A DNA stretch of 45,587 nt from an uncultured Gammaproteobacteria bacterium (GTDB lineage: Bacteria; Patescibacteriota; Microgenomatia; UBA8517). Below the pieces are notes generated by a model. It did no database searches. It had not been told where the DNA came from and was given only the letters and a program-made list of their open reading frames with translations. The stretch's first letter is position 1; each line of letters begins with the position of its first letter. Made by a program: the position numbers and the translations under genes. Of this stretch, positions 8,423 through 17,729 are shown piece by piece. The DNA is taken from contig CAZCNT010000004.1 of the NCBI GenBank assembly GCA_964500695.1, positions 1 through 45,587 on the forward strand, given 5' to 3'.

Positions 8423-9112
8423 ATGAAAGATTTCCTTAATCAAAACAAAATATTTATAGGACTTGTCTTCGGAACCTTGATCCTGCTTTTTGGAGGTGTA
8501 TTTCTGTTTAGCCGGGGAGGGTCAACCGTAACAGAAGGTAATCAGGTCAATTCTACTTTTTTAGAACCTGCGGGGAAGCAAAAAACCGGAGGAATTGTTA
8601 ATGGAAATTATGTTTCAGCTTCCGAGAGTGCCGGTATAACCCTAGTTGAGTTTGGTGATTACCAGTGTCCAGCCTGCGGTATATATAACCCTCTTGTAAA
8701 GCAAGTATTAACTGAGTTTGCGGGAAAAATTGCCTTCGCTTCTAAGAATTTTCCCCTTACACAGCACAAAAATGCCCCGATTTCCTCTTTCGCGGCAGAG
8801 GCCGCGGGTTTTCAGGGTAAATTTTGGCAAATGCACGACAAACTTTACGAAAACCAAAACAGTTGGTCGGCTTCCTCCGATGCTAAAACTATTTTTATTG
8901 GTTACGCCACGGATTTGGGCCTAAATGTTGATCAATTCAAGCTCGACATAGATTCGCAAAAAGTTAAAGATATTGTTGCTTCCGACTATGCAGATGGAAA
9001 TACTATTGGAATTAATAGTACCCCAACATTTTATTTGAATGGGGTAAAAATGGACAATCCGGCCAATATTGAAGATTTCAGAAAAACAATTGAGAGTGTT
9101 TTAAATGAATAA
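8423..9112 (+). CDS. DsbA family thiol-disulfide oxidoreductase
   Basis: N-terminal TM, EFGDYQCPAC, cis-Pro loop STPTF. Confidence 0.92.
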   Translation: MKDFLNQNKIFIGLVFGTLILLFGGVFLFSRGGSTVTEGNQVNSTFLEPAGKQKTGGIVNGNYVSASESAGITLVEFGDYQCPACGIYNPLVKQVLTEFAGKIAFASKNFPLTQHKNAPISSFAAEAAGFQGKFWQMHDKLYENQNSWSASSDAKTIFIGYATDLGLNVDQFKLDIDSQKVKDIVASDYADGNTIGINSTPTFYLNGVKMDNPANIEDFRKTIESVLNE

Positions 9113-9120
9113 CCGGATAT

Positions 9121-10461
9121 CTATCTTTTTATAGTATAAGTCGTAGGATAGTAAAGAAAAGCTGCGGGTGAGTCTTCAACTAAAAATCTTTGGAAATCGA
9201 GATAGGTTTTTCTCCTTTCCCCGCTATTTATTTGAGTTCTTCCATCCTCCAGAAGTTTATCTATTCTTGGATTATTGTAACGGGTTATGTTGGTGGCAGT
9301 TTGAGTTGAATGCCAAATGGAATATTGATCAGGATCATCAGGCGTGTCAAAAATTGCCAAAAGGGCCTGATAATCAGAGGGGATACTTGCCATTACCTGG
9401 AGATTTACTTTTACACCGATTGCTTCCCAATCTTTAGATATTTTTTCCGCTTGCGCCAAAAGAATTGGGGAAGATGTTAGATTGATTGTCGGCTCTGAAA
9501 TTTTGGCAGATTTCTTAAAATCGTCAATCATCCCTCTGGCTTTTTCCTGGTCAAAATTATAAGGTTTAATCTGTGAATTATAAGCCCACGAATTCATAGA
9601 TATAGGGCTTATTGCTCTGGCGTAAACACCTGCCCGTTCGTCTCCAAGAGTTTTTTTATTAATTCCATAGCTTAAAGCCTGCCTTAAGCTTTTGTCCGAC
9701 AAAGATTTATCCTCCGTATTAAAAAATATTGCTACGAATTCGCCTGTATTAATATCCTGCGTGAGTTTGGTTTTTTCCCACGTATCAAGAGGTGATGGGT
9801 TGATGATGTTGGTTAAGGTGTTTATTTCGCCGAGTTCAAATGCCAGAACAGATCGTTCTTCAGTCGGGTAAAATTTATATGTTATTTTCTTACCGTCTTT
9901 ATTTTGTACTGTCAGCTTGTCAACAAAAGTACCTGCAAGAGCAATTTTTTTTACTTCCCACTCGCCGGTTCCCAATAGCCCCGACTTAAATGTAGGCTTG
10001 CTTACAACCGAAGGAAAAGCAGAATACGGATTTTGGAGTTTGAAAATAATTGTTTTAGGATCAGGATTCTCCACCTTAACGTCAGAAAATTGATAATTAA
10101 TGCTTTGAGAAGTTATCTTTTTCCCGTCCTGCCAGGAAATTTCGTCTTTTAGGGTAAAAATCCAAGTTTTTCCCTTGTCCGGGGTTTCCCAAAAAGAGGC
10201 TAAATCTGGTATAGCATTTCCGTCGGGTTCCAATTTCGTAAGCCCGTTTCCTATTTTTCGTAGGACTTCAGTGGGTAAAGTTGAAGGGGTATATCTGCCC
10301 GCAATACCGATTTTCTGTGAATCGGGGGAGGTAAGTATGGGAATAAGGAATTTTAATGTAAAAAATATTATAATTCCCAACCCTATACTCAAAAAAATTA
10401 ACACCTTAAATCTGGTAAAAAGTGCCCATATTAGCCTAAAAGCGTAACGGAGGGTAAACAT
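9121..10461 (-). CDS. family 5 (oligopeptide/dipeptide) ABC substrate-binding protein
   Basis: PDLA...W...FTLK...WQDG, GTGEW, LRQALSYGI motifs. Confidence 0.88.
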   Translation of the reverse strand: MFTLRYAFRLIWALFTRFKVLIFLSIGLGIIIFFTLKFLIPILTSPDSQKIGIAGRYTPSTLPTEVLRKIGNGLTKLEPDGNAIPDLASFWETPDKGKTWIFTLKDEISWQDGKKITSQSINYQFSDVKVENPDPKTIIFKLQNPYSAFPSVVSKPTFKSGLLGTGEWEVKKIALAGTFVDKLTVQNKDGKKITYKFYPTEERSVLAFELGEINTLTNIINPSPLDTWEKTKLTQDINTGEFVAIFFNTEDKSLSDKSLRQALSYGINKKTLGDERAGVYARAISPISMNSWAYNSQIKPYNFDQEKARGMIDDFKKSAKISEPTINLTSSPILLAQAEKISKDWEAIGVKVNLQVMASIPSDYQALLAIFDTPDDPDQYSIWHSTQTATNITRYNNPRIDKLLEDGRTQINSGERRKTYLDFQRFLVEDSPAAFLYYPTTYTIKR

Positions 10462-10466
10462 ATAAC

Positions 10467-10682
10467 CTATATTAAGAGTGATATAATCGCCACAATAAGG
10501 AAAAGCGAAACTACGATAAAAGTTAAACGGAAAATCAGTTTTTCAAGTCCCCTTTTTGAGAATGAGCTTGAACCTCCAAATGAATTTGACCTGCCAAAAC
10601 CCGTTCCTCTGGCTTGAATTAAAATAAGGCCGATAAGAAGTATGGAAATAACAATCTGAATTACATTTACTACTCCCCTCAT
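10467..10682 (-). CDS. secG: preprotein translocase subunit SecG
   Basis: ILIQARGTG...RGLEK two-TM pattern. Confidence 0.9.
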   Translation of the reverse strand: MRGVVNVIQIVISILLIGLILIQARGTGFGRSNSFGGSSSFSKRGLEKLIFRLTFIVVSLFLIVAIISLLI

Positions 10683-10704
10683 AGCCTTAAGTATACGCCT
10701 TTCC

Positions 10705-11106
10705 CTATTTAAAAATCCAATACATTAAGGATGAGATAAAGGAGATTAAGAAGGCAAAAGCCAAAAAAGCCAAAGTGCCGTCAAGCGAAATGACAGGAAT
10801 TGAGAATAAGTTTGAAGAATACCCCTTAAAAAGAAAGTCTAAGAGTTTGAAACCGGGGACTAATAAGGTTACTAAATAAAAAGAAATTGCATATGCCACC
10901 CATTTAAATAAGCCAAACGTAACAAGGTTTATCGGTAGGAGCAGTAAATTAATAATAGGCCTAATGACCATTGTGGTAAGCATCAGTACGAGTCCTGTAA
11001 GAAGCAGTGTGTAAAGTCCGTTTTCAAAAACCAATCCCGTAATAGATTGGGAAATAAGATAAAGCGAAACCGTATCGATAATGAAATGTTTAAATATTGC
11101 CCGCAT
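10705..11106 (-). CDS. YvlD-like four-TM (holin superfamily IV) membrane protein
   Basis: IRPIINLLLLPINLVTFGLF motif. Confidence 0.85.
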   Translation of the reverse strand: MRAIFKHFIIDTVSLYLISQSITGLVFENGLYTLLLTGLVLMLTTMVIRPIINLLLLPINLVTFGLFKWVAYAISFYLVTLLVPGFKLLDFLFKGYSSNLFSIPVISLDGTLAFLAFAFLISFISSLMYWIFK

Positions 11107-12403
11107 TTTTATACTCCTTAGATATTAGATGATGATGGTACCTTCTTGCAAATCTATGAGCTTCGTCACGGATGCGGGAGACCAGGTTTAAAGCTGGACC
11201 TGTAAGTTTTACTTTATGAGTGCCGATAATTAAACGATCAGGATTTTTGGCAATTCCGACAACGGGCACATTAATTTTAAATGCCGAAATTTGCCCCTTT
11301 CCCCCGTCGACGATGATTAAATCAGGTTTCCCCCAGTCGTCAAAATGATTAGCTCTTCGCGTCGCCACTTCACTCATTGAATCGTAGTCATTTCCACCCT
11401 TAGCCTTCTTAATCTTAAAATGCCGGTAATATTCTTTTGTCGGCTCCCCTTTGATAAATGTAATCATTGAAGCCACCGGATTAGTCCCGGCAAGGTGGGC
11501 AACATCAAAACACTCAATCCTATTTAGTTTGGTAAAAGGTAAATGGTAAAAGTGTAAAAGTTTTTTTAATTCGGACATTTCTTTGGCTATTGTGTCTTCG
11601 TATAAATTTGGATTTTGCATGTAGAAATCGCTTGGCAATTGTGGTCTTGTAATATAATCCAGCTTTTCGATTTGATCACGAATCAACCTTGAAGCTTCAT
11701 AGTTTTGGAGATCGGAAAGTATGTTCATTTCTCTTTGCAGATCATTTTTTACGCCGGCAAACTTACCTGAAAGCACAAGGTTAACTCTTGTAATGTTTTT
11801 TCTGTAGTTTTTTTGTAAATCCATTTTTACTTTTTGATCTTTGATTTTTGATATTTCTGAAGGACATGGGTTGCATAGGCCAATTTGCGAATAAAAACAT
11901 TTGCGGGTTCCGATTTTGTGATCGGAATACGGAAATATTCCGCGAAGCATTCTTAAGACGGAGTGAACGCTGGAGGATGAGGGAAAAGGGCCAAAACTAG
12001 CTTTTAGGTTATAGCTATTAGCCGTTAGTTTTCGTACAGCCAGAACACGAGGAAAATTTTCATCAGTTATAGCTATATAAAGCGGGTGCTTGTCATCCTT
12101 CGCGACAATGTTATAGCGTGGCATATATTCCCTGATGAGTCTTGCTTCAAGAAGAAGTGCTTCCAATTCGTTTGTTACCCTGATATACGAAACAAAGTCG
12201 GCCTCCGCAATCATCCTGGCGGTTTTTGGTTCCAATTCCAAGTCAAAATATGACAAAATACGCCTTTTTAAATTTACGGCCTTACCGATATATATAGGTT
12301 TAAGGCTTTTAAAGAAAACATATATGCCCGGTGTTTGGGGAAGATCCTTGGGGGCTTTATGCCTTATGTTTATTTTGGGAAGTTTTTCCAGTAATTTTTG
12401 CAT
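11090..12403 (-). CDS. uvrC: excinuclease ABC subunit C (short form)
   Basis: GIY..YIGKA, RIECFD, PDLIIVDGGKGQ, RDEAHRFA. Confidence 0.93.
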   Translation of the reverse strand: MQKLLEKLPKINIRHKAPKDLPQTPGIYVFFKSLKPIYIGKAVNLKRRILSYFDLELEPKTARMIAEADFVSYIRVTNELEALLLEARLIREYMPRYNIVAKDDKHPLYIAITDENFPRVLAVRKLTANSYNLKASFGPFPSSSSVHSVLRMLRGIFPYSDHKIGTRKCFYSQIGLCNPCPSEISKIKDQKVKMDLQKNYRKNITRVNLVLSGKFAGVKNDLQREMNILSDLQNYEASRLIRDQIEKLDYITRPQLPSDFYMQNPNLYEDTIAKEMSELKKLLHFYHLPFTKLNRIECFDVAHLAGTNPVASMITFIKGEPTKEYYRHFKIKKAKGGNDYDSMSEVATRRANHFDDWGKPDLIIVDGGKGQISAFKINVPVVGIAKNPDRLIIGTHKVKLTGPALNLVSRIRDEAHRFARRYHHHLISKEYKNAGNI

Positions 12404-14273
12404 AGCTTGAAGCTATTTTAGCAGAAATACTTTTTAAAGTTATTTTTCTGATCCAAACAAATACGACCATCAATATGATAAAGAACACGGCAAATAAAGC
12501 CAAAAGACTATTAATCACCATTTGAGTTTTATTTGTAGGAATTTCAAGGCTCACCCTGGAGATTTTTACTCTGACAACGTTGGGGGTGTTTTTACCCAAG
12601 AGACTAAAAGGAACTTTTATTTGAAAATCGTAATTTGAATAAGGAGGCAGTACTTCAATAAAATCTCTGCTTTCTTCGGAATTGTCAAAATATATAAGCG
12701 GATAGAGTGAATATAGTGCCGAAGGTCCCGGGTTTACTATTCTCAAGCTAAAAACAGTACCTATAAATGGAACGGATTTTTTAGCGGTTATGGATATATT
12801 GGGCTGACTGATCCTATCTATCGGCAGTTTTCCAAAAGAGACAAAAACGTCCTTTTGAGGATCGCTTCCGAGTTTGTATGAACCGGGTGGGTAGGGCTTA
12901 GTCGAATCCTTTCCGTGAATAACGAAAGCAAAATGTCTGAGATCTAGTTTATCAAAGAAGTTTTCTCCTCCGGTAGTTGCGCCCCAAGTCGGATCTATCG
13001 GAATCCAAATCCCCTTATTGGCATCGAAATATTCGGGCCAACTGTGAAGTACGTCGGCAACCAAACCAAGAGGCTCAAGGTCCGGATTTTCGGTATAGGC
13101 ATATCCGTTTATTTCCCTGGCAGGAATGCCTGCCGCGCGGGCGATCGCAATAAAGGCATCCGTGAACTCCATGCAAATTGCGCTATTTGGATTTTTGAGT
13201 GCAGAAACTGCACCCAGTCTTTGAACATTCGGCTGAACTCTGGAGAGATCGTACTTTAACGTTTTGACGACATAATCGTAGATTTCCCTGGGAGTTCTGA
13301 GAGATAATGCCAGAGAATTAATGCTTGGATCATTAATTTGCCAGTATTGGCCTGCTTTCAGGTTTTGGGCCAAAGTCTCCTCACTTGGTCTGGGAAATGG
13401 CCTAAAGCTAGAAAAAATTTGTACGGAGCCTGAGGCGATTACGTCTAGGCGTTGTCTGGACGCCAGTTTATAAGTAGCAATCCAATTCCCGTCTTCATCA
13501 ATTTGAATTTGGGCAGGAGCGGGATCAATTTTTGAGAAGTAAATTTTTTGGAATGCCGTATCGGGAGGAAGAGCAATTTGAGTTTCCGAAGGGATGCTTA
13601 AAGGGTTTTCCAAATGATAAGAAAGATTAAAAGCAAATACCTGAAACTGACCGAAGGCCGCGGTTATTCCGGATTGTAAAAGCGCATTTTTAGAAAATGT
13701 ATAACTTTTATCAATATTGGTCGTATCAAGAGATTTTGGTTTGGGTGAAACATAAGCTTCCGCGCCAAAACTTGATGGGATAACAAGATTAACGGAATAA
13801 TTTCTAAAAGAACTATTTTCTGCCAAGCGTGGAATGGAAACTTCCCAAACTTCACCGGTCTTTACGGCGAACGCGGAGTTTTCATAAGTAATTAAAAAAT
13901 GCCGAACAGCATCTTTGCCGACAACCGCATCCGAAAAAGTGATAATTATTTTTGTAAGATCGGCGTTTTTTTGAAGATCTAACTTTAAAACGTTGCCCTT
14001 ATCGTCTACCGCCTGAACATTTTCCGCTTCAATATTTTCGAGTGTAAGCGTGTAGTTCGTTGCATAAAGAGAAGAAAAATTATTTTCCAAGGTCGTGTCA
14101 TGAGTAACAATCGTTTTACCCGAATCCTGAAAACGGTATGTGACAAGCGAATCTACAGAAAATTCCTCTTGAGCCCTTATGTAAGTGGGTAAAAGGTAAA
14201 AGGTAAAAGGTAAAAGAACAAAAAAAACAATAATTAGAGTCTTGAGTTTGGAAATTAGTATTTGAAAATTCAT
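12357..14273 (-). CDS. transglutaminase-like domain membrane protein
   Basis: signal peptide, catalytic C (AICMEF), H (LHSWPE), D (IDPTW), C-terminal TM. Confidence 0.88.
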   Translation of the reverse strand: MNFQILISKLKTLIIVFFVLLPFTFYLLPTYIRAQEEFSVDSLVTYRFQDSGKTIVTHDTTLENNFSSLYATNYTLTLENIEAENVQAVDDKGNVLKLDLQKNADLTKIIITFSDAVVGKDAVRHFLITYENSAFAVKTGEVWEVSIPRLAENSSFRNYSVNLVIPSSFGAEAYVSPKPKSLDTTNIDKSYTFSKNALLQSGITAAFGQFQVFAFNLSYHLENPLSIPSETQIALPPDTAFQKIYFSKIDPAPAQIQIDEDGNWIATYKLASRQRLDVIASGSVQIFSSFRPFPRPSEETLAQNLKAGQYWQINDPSINSLALSLRTPREIYDYVVKTLKYDLSRVQPNVQRLGAVSALKNPNSAICMEFTDAFIAIARAAGIPAREINGYAYTENPDLEPLGLVADVLHSWPEYFDANKGIWIPIDPTWGATTGGENFFDKLDLRHFAFVIHGKDSTKPYPPGSYKLGSDPQKDVFVSFGKLPIDRISQPNISITAKKSVPFIGTVFSLRIVNPGPSALYSLYPLIYFDNSEESRDFIEVLPPYSNYDFQIKVPFSLLGKNTPNVVRVKISRVSLEIPTNKTQMVINSLLALFAVFFIILMVVFVWIRKITLKSISAKIASSYAKITGKTSQNKHKA

Positions 14274-14300
14274 AGAAAATTGTAAATTGAAAATTCTAAA
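14187..14300. repeat. two period-7 tandem arrays
   Basis: gggtaaa(aggtaaa)3 at 14187-14214; ttggaaa/ttgaaaa/ttgtaaa/ttctaaa units at 14248-14300. Confidence 0.8.
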
Positions 14301-14309
14301 CTTAGTATA

Positions 14310-17213
14310 TCAGCGTAGGTAGAATCCTGTGTAGGAAGATTTGTTTTTTGTCAGATCAGTTACGCTCCCTGCGGTTACCACCTGTCCTCCGCCGTCTCCC
14401 CCTTCCGGACCCAAATCAATAATCCAGTCGCTGTTTTTGATAACGTCCAAATTATGCTCAATTATAAATACTGAATTTCCCCGGGAAACAAGGAGCTTTA
14501 AAACTTTTAAAAGTCTTTCTACGTCGGCAAAATGTAAGCCTGTTGTCGGTTCGTCCAGTATATAAACGGTTTTTCCTGTTGCGCGCCTGGCCAGTTCTGA
14601 AGACAGCTTAACACGTTGGGCCTCTCCACCGGAAAGTGTTGTAGCAGGCTGTCCAAGTGAAATATAGCCCAGTCCGACGAGTGACAAGGTCTCAAGTTTT
14701 TGTTCAATTTGGGGATGCGTATGGAAAAACTCCAGAGCTTCGTCAACTGTCATATCAAGAACTTCCGCGATATTTTTACCTTTATAGGAGACATCCAAAG
14801 TTTGTGTGTTGTATCTCTTGCCATGGCAAACATCACAGGTAACCCAGATATCGCTCATAAACTGCATTTCAATTTTTAGTTGCCCCTGACCTTCGCAGGC
14901 TTCACATCTTCCGCCCCTGACGTTAAAGGAAAATCTTCCCTTTTTATAACCTGCCGTTTTTGCGTCACGCGTTAAACTATATACATCACGGATAAGATCA
15001 AAGACTCCTGTATATGTGGCGGGGTTACTTCTGGGAGTTCTTCCTATTGGCGATTGGTCGATAAGTATTACCTTGTCGACATTTTCAATTCCTTCAAGGC
15101 GTTTGTATCCACCGGCTTCGCCTCGATATAGAGGATTTAATTCCTTCTGCAGAGCCGGATAAAGAGTTTCAACTAAAAGAGTTGATTTGCCGGAACCTGA
15201 AACACCGGTAATTGATACCAGTTTACCCAAAGGGAACTCAATATCAATATTTTTCAGGTTATATTTTGAACAACCGTATAGAAATAGTGATTGGTGACCA
15301 GTGATTAGTGATTGGTGAGAACTAACACTAATTCTTCGCTTCCCCGACAAAAATTGTCCGGTTAAAGATTTTGAGTCTGAACAAATTTGCTTAATCGTAC
15401 CGGCAGATACCACCTCACCACCAAGTTTTCCCGCCCCTGGGCCAAAATCAATAATATAATCACTCTCTTTCATCATGGTTGCATCATGCTCAACCACGAT
15501 TACAGTATTTCCCAAACTCTTAAGCATTTTAAGAGTATCGATAAGCTTGTAATCATCCCTCGGGTGAAGGCCTATCGTCGGTTCGTCAAGAACATATAGT
15601 ACTCCGGTAAGACCCGATCCGATTTGTGAAGCCAGCCTTATTCTTTGTGCTTCTCCCCCGGAAAGAGAGCCGGCAACTCTGTTTAGTGTTAAATACTCAA
15701 GACCCACGTTCAGTAAAAACTTAAGCCTTCCCTGCAGTTCCTTAATTACCAAGTTTCCTATTTCCGCCTCTCTTTCGTTCACTTTTTGGGCTTTAGTTAG
15801 CGAATCAACCCATTCGAAAGTTTTGGTTATGGAATATTCCGTTACATCCGCAATAGATTTTCCGTCTATTGTGATAGAAAGAGACTCGTTTTTAAGGCGC
15901 GTTCCTTTACAGTCAGGGCAAAGTCTTTCTCTCATATATTTTTTTATTTCCTCTCTTGCCCAATCGCTTTCCGTTTCAAGATACCGTCTTTCAAGGACGT
16001 TTATTACACCCTCAAATCTCTGCCAAATATCCGTTTCTTTTCCAAATCGGTTTACCCCGTGAACTTTATATTCCTCAGTTCCTGTCCCATTTAGTAAAAT
16101 TCCCTTTTCCTTATCGGACAAATCTTTAATCAGAGCCCGGGGGTTTATTCCTTGCACCTCACAGGCTCTCAATATTGTTCTGCCGTACCAAGTTTCGCGT
16201 TCAAACATGTTGGCAAAAGGTAAAATACCTCCTTCGGTAATTGTCAATTCTGGAGAAAAAACCAAGTCAGGCTCCACCTTTAGAATTTTCCCAAGTCCGG
16301 TACAGGTTGGGCAAGCTCCTTGCGGTGAATTAAAAGAAAAGCTTCGGGGTTCGATTTCGGGAAGTGAAATATTATCAATGGGGCACGCAAAACGTTCGGA
16401 ATACAAATGGTCCTCAAACTTTTTGGGTGAGGCCGGCATCGTAAATTCTTTATCGAGTACCTGGGCCATAACAACTACACCTTCAGAAAGATTTAGCGCC
16501 TGCTGGATAGAATCCGCCAGTCTCCCCTTAAGCTCACCTTTAAAGGACTCTCCTTTAAAGCTTGTCAAAGCAATTCGGTCAATGACGGCATCAATTGAAT
16601 GTTTATTGGTCTTGATTAGAATAAGATCTTCCGAAAGGTCGTGGATAAAACCATCGATTCTCACCTGCCTGTAACCTTTACTTTTTAAGTTTTCAAACAG
16701 TTGGGAAAATTCCCCTTTACGTTCCTGGACCATCGAAGAAAGAACCAAAAACCAGGCCTTTTTATCCTGCTTAACGGTTGTTTCGATTAAATTTAGAGAT
16801 TGATTAACAATTTGGTCCAATGTTTGGTGGGAAATCTCCCGTTTACAAATAGGACAGTGAGGGTGCCCTATTCTGGCAAAAAGTAAGCGAAGATAATCAT
16901 AAATCTCAGTTACCGTTCCGACAGTGCTTCTGGGATTATGGGAGGTGGTTTTTTGATCGATAGAAATGGCAGGGGAAAGCCCATCAATCGAATCCACGTC
17001 AGGCTTTTCCATGATCCCCAGGAATTGTCGGGCGTAAGAAGAAAGGGACTCGACGTAGCGCCTTTGCCCTTCCGCATAAACGGTGTCAAAAGCCAGTGAG
17101 CTTTTTCCGCTGCCGGAAACTCCCGTAAGAACAACCAACTTGTTCTTGGGAATATCAAGATTAATATTCTTCAGGTTATGTTGACGCGCTCCACGTATCT
17201 TTATATAGTCCAT
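14310..17213 (-). CDS. uvrA: excinuclease ABC subunit A
   Basis: two GVSGSGKS Walker A motifs, two LSGGEAQR signatures, Zn fingers; likely start MDYIKIRGA at 17213. Confidence 0.97.
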   Translation of the reverse strand: MDYIKIRGARQHNLKNINLDIPKNKLVVLTGVSGSGKSSLAFDTVYAEGQRRYVESLSSYARQFLGIMEKPDVDSIDGLSPAISIDQKTTSHNPRSTVGTVTEIYDYLRLLFARIGHPHCPICKREISHQTLDQIVNQSLNLIETTVKQDKKAWFLVLSSMVQERKGEFSQLFENLKSKGYRQVRIDGFIHDLSEDLILIKTNKHSIDAVIDRIALTSFKGESFKGELKGRLADSIQQALNLSEGVVVMAQVLDKEFTMPASPKKFEDHLYSERFACPIDNISLPEIEPRSFSFNSPQGACPTCTGLGKILKVEPDLVFSPELTITEGGILPFANMFERETWYGRTILRACEVQGINPRALIKDLSDKEKGILLNGTGTEEYKVHGVNRFGKETDIWQRFEGVINVLERRYLETESDWAREEIKKYMRERLCPDCKGTRLKNESLSITIDGKSIADVTEYSITKTFEWVDSLTKAQKVNEREAEIGNLVIKELQGRLKFLLNVGLEYLTLNRVAGSLSGGEAQRIRLASQIGSGLTGVLYVLDEPTIGLHPRDDYKLIDTLKMLKSLGNTVIVVEHDATMMKESDYIIDFGPGAGKLGGEVVSAGTIKQICSDSKSLTGQFLSGKRRISVSSHQSLITGHQSLFLYGCSKYNLKNIDIEFPLGKLVSITGVSGSGKSTLLVETLYPALQKELNPLYRGEAGGYKRLEGIENVDKVILIDQSPIGRTPRSNPATYTGVFDLIRDVYSLTRDAKTAGYKKGRFSFNVRGGRCEACEGQGQLKIEMQFMSDIWVTCDVCHGKRYNTQTLDVSYKGKNIAEVLDMTVDEALEFFHTHPQIEQKLETLSLVGLGYISLGQPATTLSGGEAQRVKLSSELARRATGKTVYILDEPTTGLHFADVERLLKVLKLLVSRGNSVFIIEHNLDVIKNSDWIIDLGPEGGDGGGQVVTAGSVTDLTKNKSSYTGFYLR
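15284..15318. repeat. period-7 tandem array inside uvrA
   Basis: atagtga ttggtga ccagtga ttagtga ttggtga. Confidence 0.85.
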
Positions 17214-17224
17214 AATTTTCTTTA

Positions 17225-17328
17225 CCCCGAATAAGCGCCCTTGCGACGCAAACGCGTAGCATTTGGGAGCAAGTAAGCTATGTTTGGGGCATACAAACTT
17301 CCCGCCGGTTTTAACCGGTGGAGTCAAC
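17225..17328. repeat. palindromic elements in the uvrA leader
   Basis: cccgccggtt-tt-aaccggtgga hairpin plus ccccgaata / tgtttgggg arms. Confidence 0.5.
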
Positions 17329-17369
17329 ATTATACCATCTCTAAAAGATTCCGAAGACGCCGAAGCTAT

Positions 17370-17729
17370 TCAAGTTTTTTTAGTTACGCCTAAACTCTCA
17401 AGAACTTTATTGATTACATTGTTTCCTCTTTTTATATCTTCTCTCGTATTGATAACGTCAGGTTCACTTTTTCGTTCCTTATAATCTTTGGTCCACCAAT
17501 CAAGATACTGTTGAACAATTTCAAGCGAGTCGTTGGGTACAAACCCTTCATCTCTAAACACTTCCAGATTTGCAGCTAACGAAAGGAACCAGCCTGTACG
17601 TACTTTCCAAGGGCCATCGGTTGAGTGAACCATACGATCTGGGATTTCTTCGGACCAGTTATCCCTCAACTCCACTAACGATTCCGTAAAGAGTTGCTTT
17701 GACAAAGACACTTTAATGTATTCCTTCAT
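17370..17729 (-). CDS. hypothetical protein
   Basis: 119 aa; ATGA overlap with the uvrB stop. Confidence 0.7.
   Translation of the reverse strand: MKEYIKVSLSKQLFTESLVELRDNWSEEIPDRMVHSTDGPWKVRTGWFLSLAANLEVFRDEGFVPNDSLEIVQQYLDWWTKDYKERKSEPDVINTREDIKRGNNVINKVLESLGVTKKT

Noticed and set aside
10705-11106. Prophage, suggested by the holin-family gene
   Set aside because: This family is commonly chromosomal and no phage structural or integrase genes are present.
17214-17330. 39-aa N-terminal extension of UvrA
   Set aside because: Made of palindromic repeats; homology starts at MDYIKIRGA, and the upstream ATG overlaps the -10 box.
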